The notes under the pieces: generated by a model
Database searches by the model: none
What the model was told of the DNA's origin: nothing
The model's input: the letters and a program-made list of their open reading frames with translations, nothing else
Made by a program: the position numbers and the translations under genes
Shown: positions 62,628-64,000 of the stretch, one piece after another
Numbering within the stretch: position 1 is the stretch's first letter
Layout of the letters: each line of letters opens with the position of its first letter
Source of the DNA: Dendrobates tinctorius
Taxonomy: Eukaryota
NCBI RefSeq assembly: GCF_039654945.1
Contig: NW_027361819.1
Location: 1,674,001-1,738,000, forward strand
Direction: 5' to 3'
Length of the DNA: 64,000 nucleotides

Positions 62628-63632
62628 GCCCAGTATGGATTACACGTGATTGCACAAAGGTTAGAAAGGGTACCGTATCCCCAGATAACATGTATGGATA
62701 GCGTACACATTCAAAATATATGTCTCAGGAGGCAGGCTCAGACGGTGTTAGGCCCAGTATGGATTGCACGTGATTGCACAAAGGTTAGAAAGGGTACCGT
62801 ATCCCCGGATAACATGTAAGGATAGCGTACACATTCAAAATATATGTCTCAGGAGGCAGGCTCAGACGGTGTTAGGCCCAGTATGGATTGCACGTGATTG
62901 CACAAAGGTTAGAAAGGGTACCGTATCCCCGGATAACATGTATGGATAGCGTACACATTCAAAATATATGTCTCAGGAGGCAGGCTCAGACGGTGTTAGG
63001 CCCAGTATGGATTGCACGTGATTGCACAAAGGTTAGAAAGGGTAACGTATCCACGGATAACATGTATGGATAGCGTACACATTCAAAATATATGTCTCAG
63101 GAGGCAGGCTCAGACGGTGTTAGGCCCAGTATGGATTGCACGTGATTGTACAAAGGTTAGAAAGGGTACCGTATCCCCGGATAACATGTATGGATAGCGT
63201 ACACATTCAAAATATATGTCTCAGGAGGCAGGCTCAGACGGTGTTAGGCCCAGTATGGATTGCACGTGATTGCACAAAGGTTAGAAAGGGTACCGTATCC
63301 CCGGATAACATGTATGGATAGCGTACACATTCAAAATATATGTCTCAGGAGGCAGGCTCAGACGGTGTTAGGCACAGTATGGATTGCACGTGATTGCACA
63401 AAGGTTAGAAAGGGTACCGTATCCCCGGATAACATGTATGGATAGCGTACACATTCAAAATATATGTCTCAGGAGGCAGGCTCAGACGGTGTTAGGCACA
63501 GTATGGATTGCACGTGATTGCACAAAGGTTAGAAAGGGTACCGTATCCCCGGATAACATGTATGGATAGCGTACACATTCAAAATATATGTCTCAGGAGG
63601 CAGGCTCAGACGGTGTCAGGCACAGTATGGAT
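62628..63632 (-). repeat. hAT-internal tandem repeat, 124 bp x ~8
   Basis: 124-nt periodicity, also visible as repeated 61-aa ORFs. Confidence 0.95.
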
Positions 63633-64000
63633 TTGACGGCCCAGATTACACAGCGGAGGAGCAGGGAGAGGTAAAGATTGCAAATGCTGGGGCCCTGCCC
63701 AAGCAAGGGGGGCCCACTCGTGGGCGTCGGTACTGGCACTGGGCCCTCATAGTACAGCGGTGTGTCTGACGGCGGGTGTGCACCACCACCGTCAGAGACA
63801 CTTGATTGCACTATGAGGGACCCTGTGCCAGTGCCCGCGCCCAAGAGTCGGCCTACCCACCTGTCCAGGGCAACGGCACTCGCACGGTGTCGTGCGCTAG
63901 GTGGTGACCCCGGCCATGGGGGGGGGAGGCAGCACAGTTAGGGAGTTTTAGAAAGTGGCATATGTTGATGTTGGACATTCAGCTGATGCAAAAGGCGAAA

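Larger units (their letters stand above)
60839..64000 (-). mobile_element. Second copy of the hAT family, inverted, runs off the window
   Basis: TIR TAGAGTTGAGCGA at 60839. Colinear reverse complement of ~11110-15904 without the CR1. Confidence 0.95.

Noticed and set aside
62628-63632. Repeated 61-aa ORFs or a CRISPR-like array
   Set aside because: A plain 124-bp tandem repeat with no unique spacers, in eukaryotic context with no cas genes.

Overview
Eukaryotic, transposon-dense DNA. The repeat families and gene type point to an anuran amphibian (inference). The only host genes are four tandem + strand TRIM genes with single-exon CDSs (RING, two B-boxes, coiled coil, PRY/SPRY; TRIM25/finTRIM-like) between 23.6 and 51.9 kb. 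Bases 1-16.9 kb form a nested stack. An LTR-retroelement gag ORF is split by a 15.5-kb hAT transposon (13-bp TIRs, 8-bp TSD, decayed BED-finger transposase). The hAT contains an apparently intact two-gene PIF/Harbinger transposon and a 5'-truncated CR1 LINE. A second, inverted copy of this hAT starts at 60,839. Both hAT copies carry a ~470-bp diverged 18S rRNA segment, which is the most unexpected feature. Also present: a full-length Gypsy element with an ISRE in its LTRs upstream of TRIM copy 2, a 130-bp-arm palindrome encoding hammerhead ribozymes on both strands, Penelope and Tc1 remnants, many MITEs, TE-internal telomere-like arrays, and two assembly gaps. All calls were made by eye; no searches were run.
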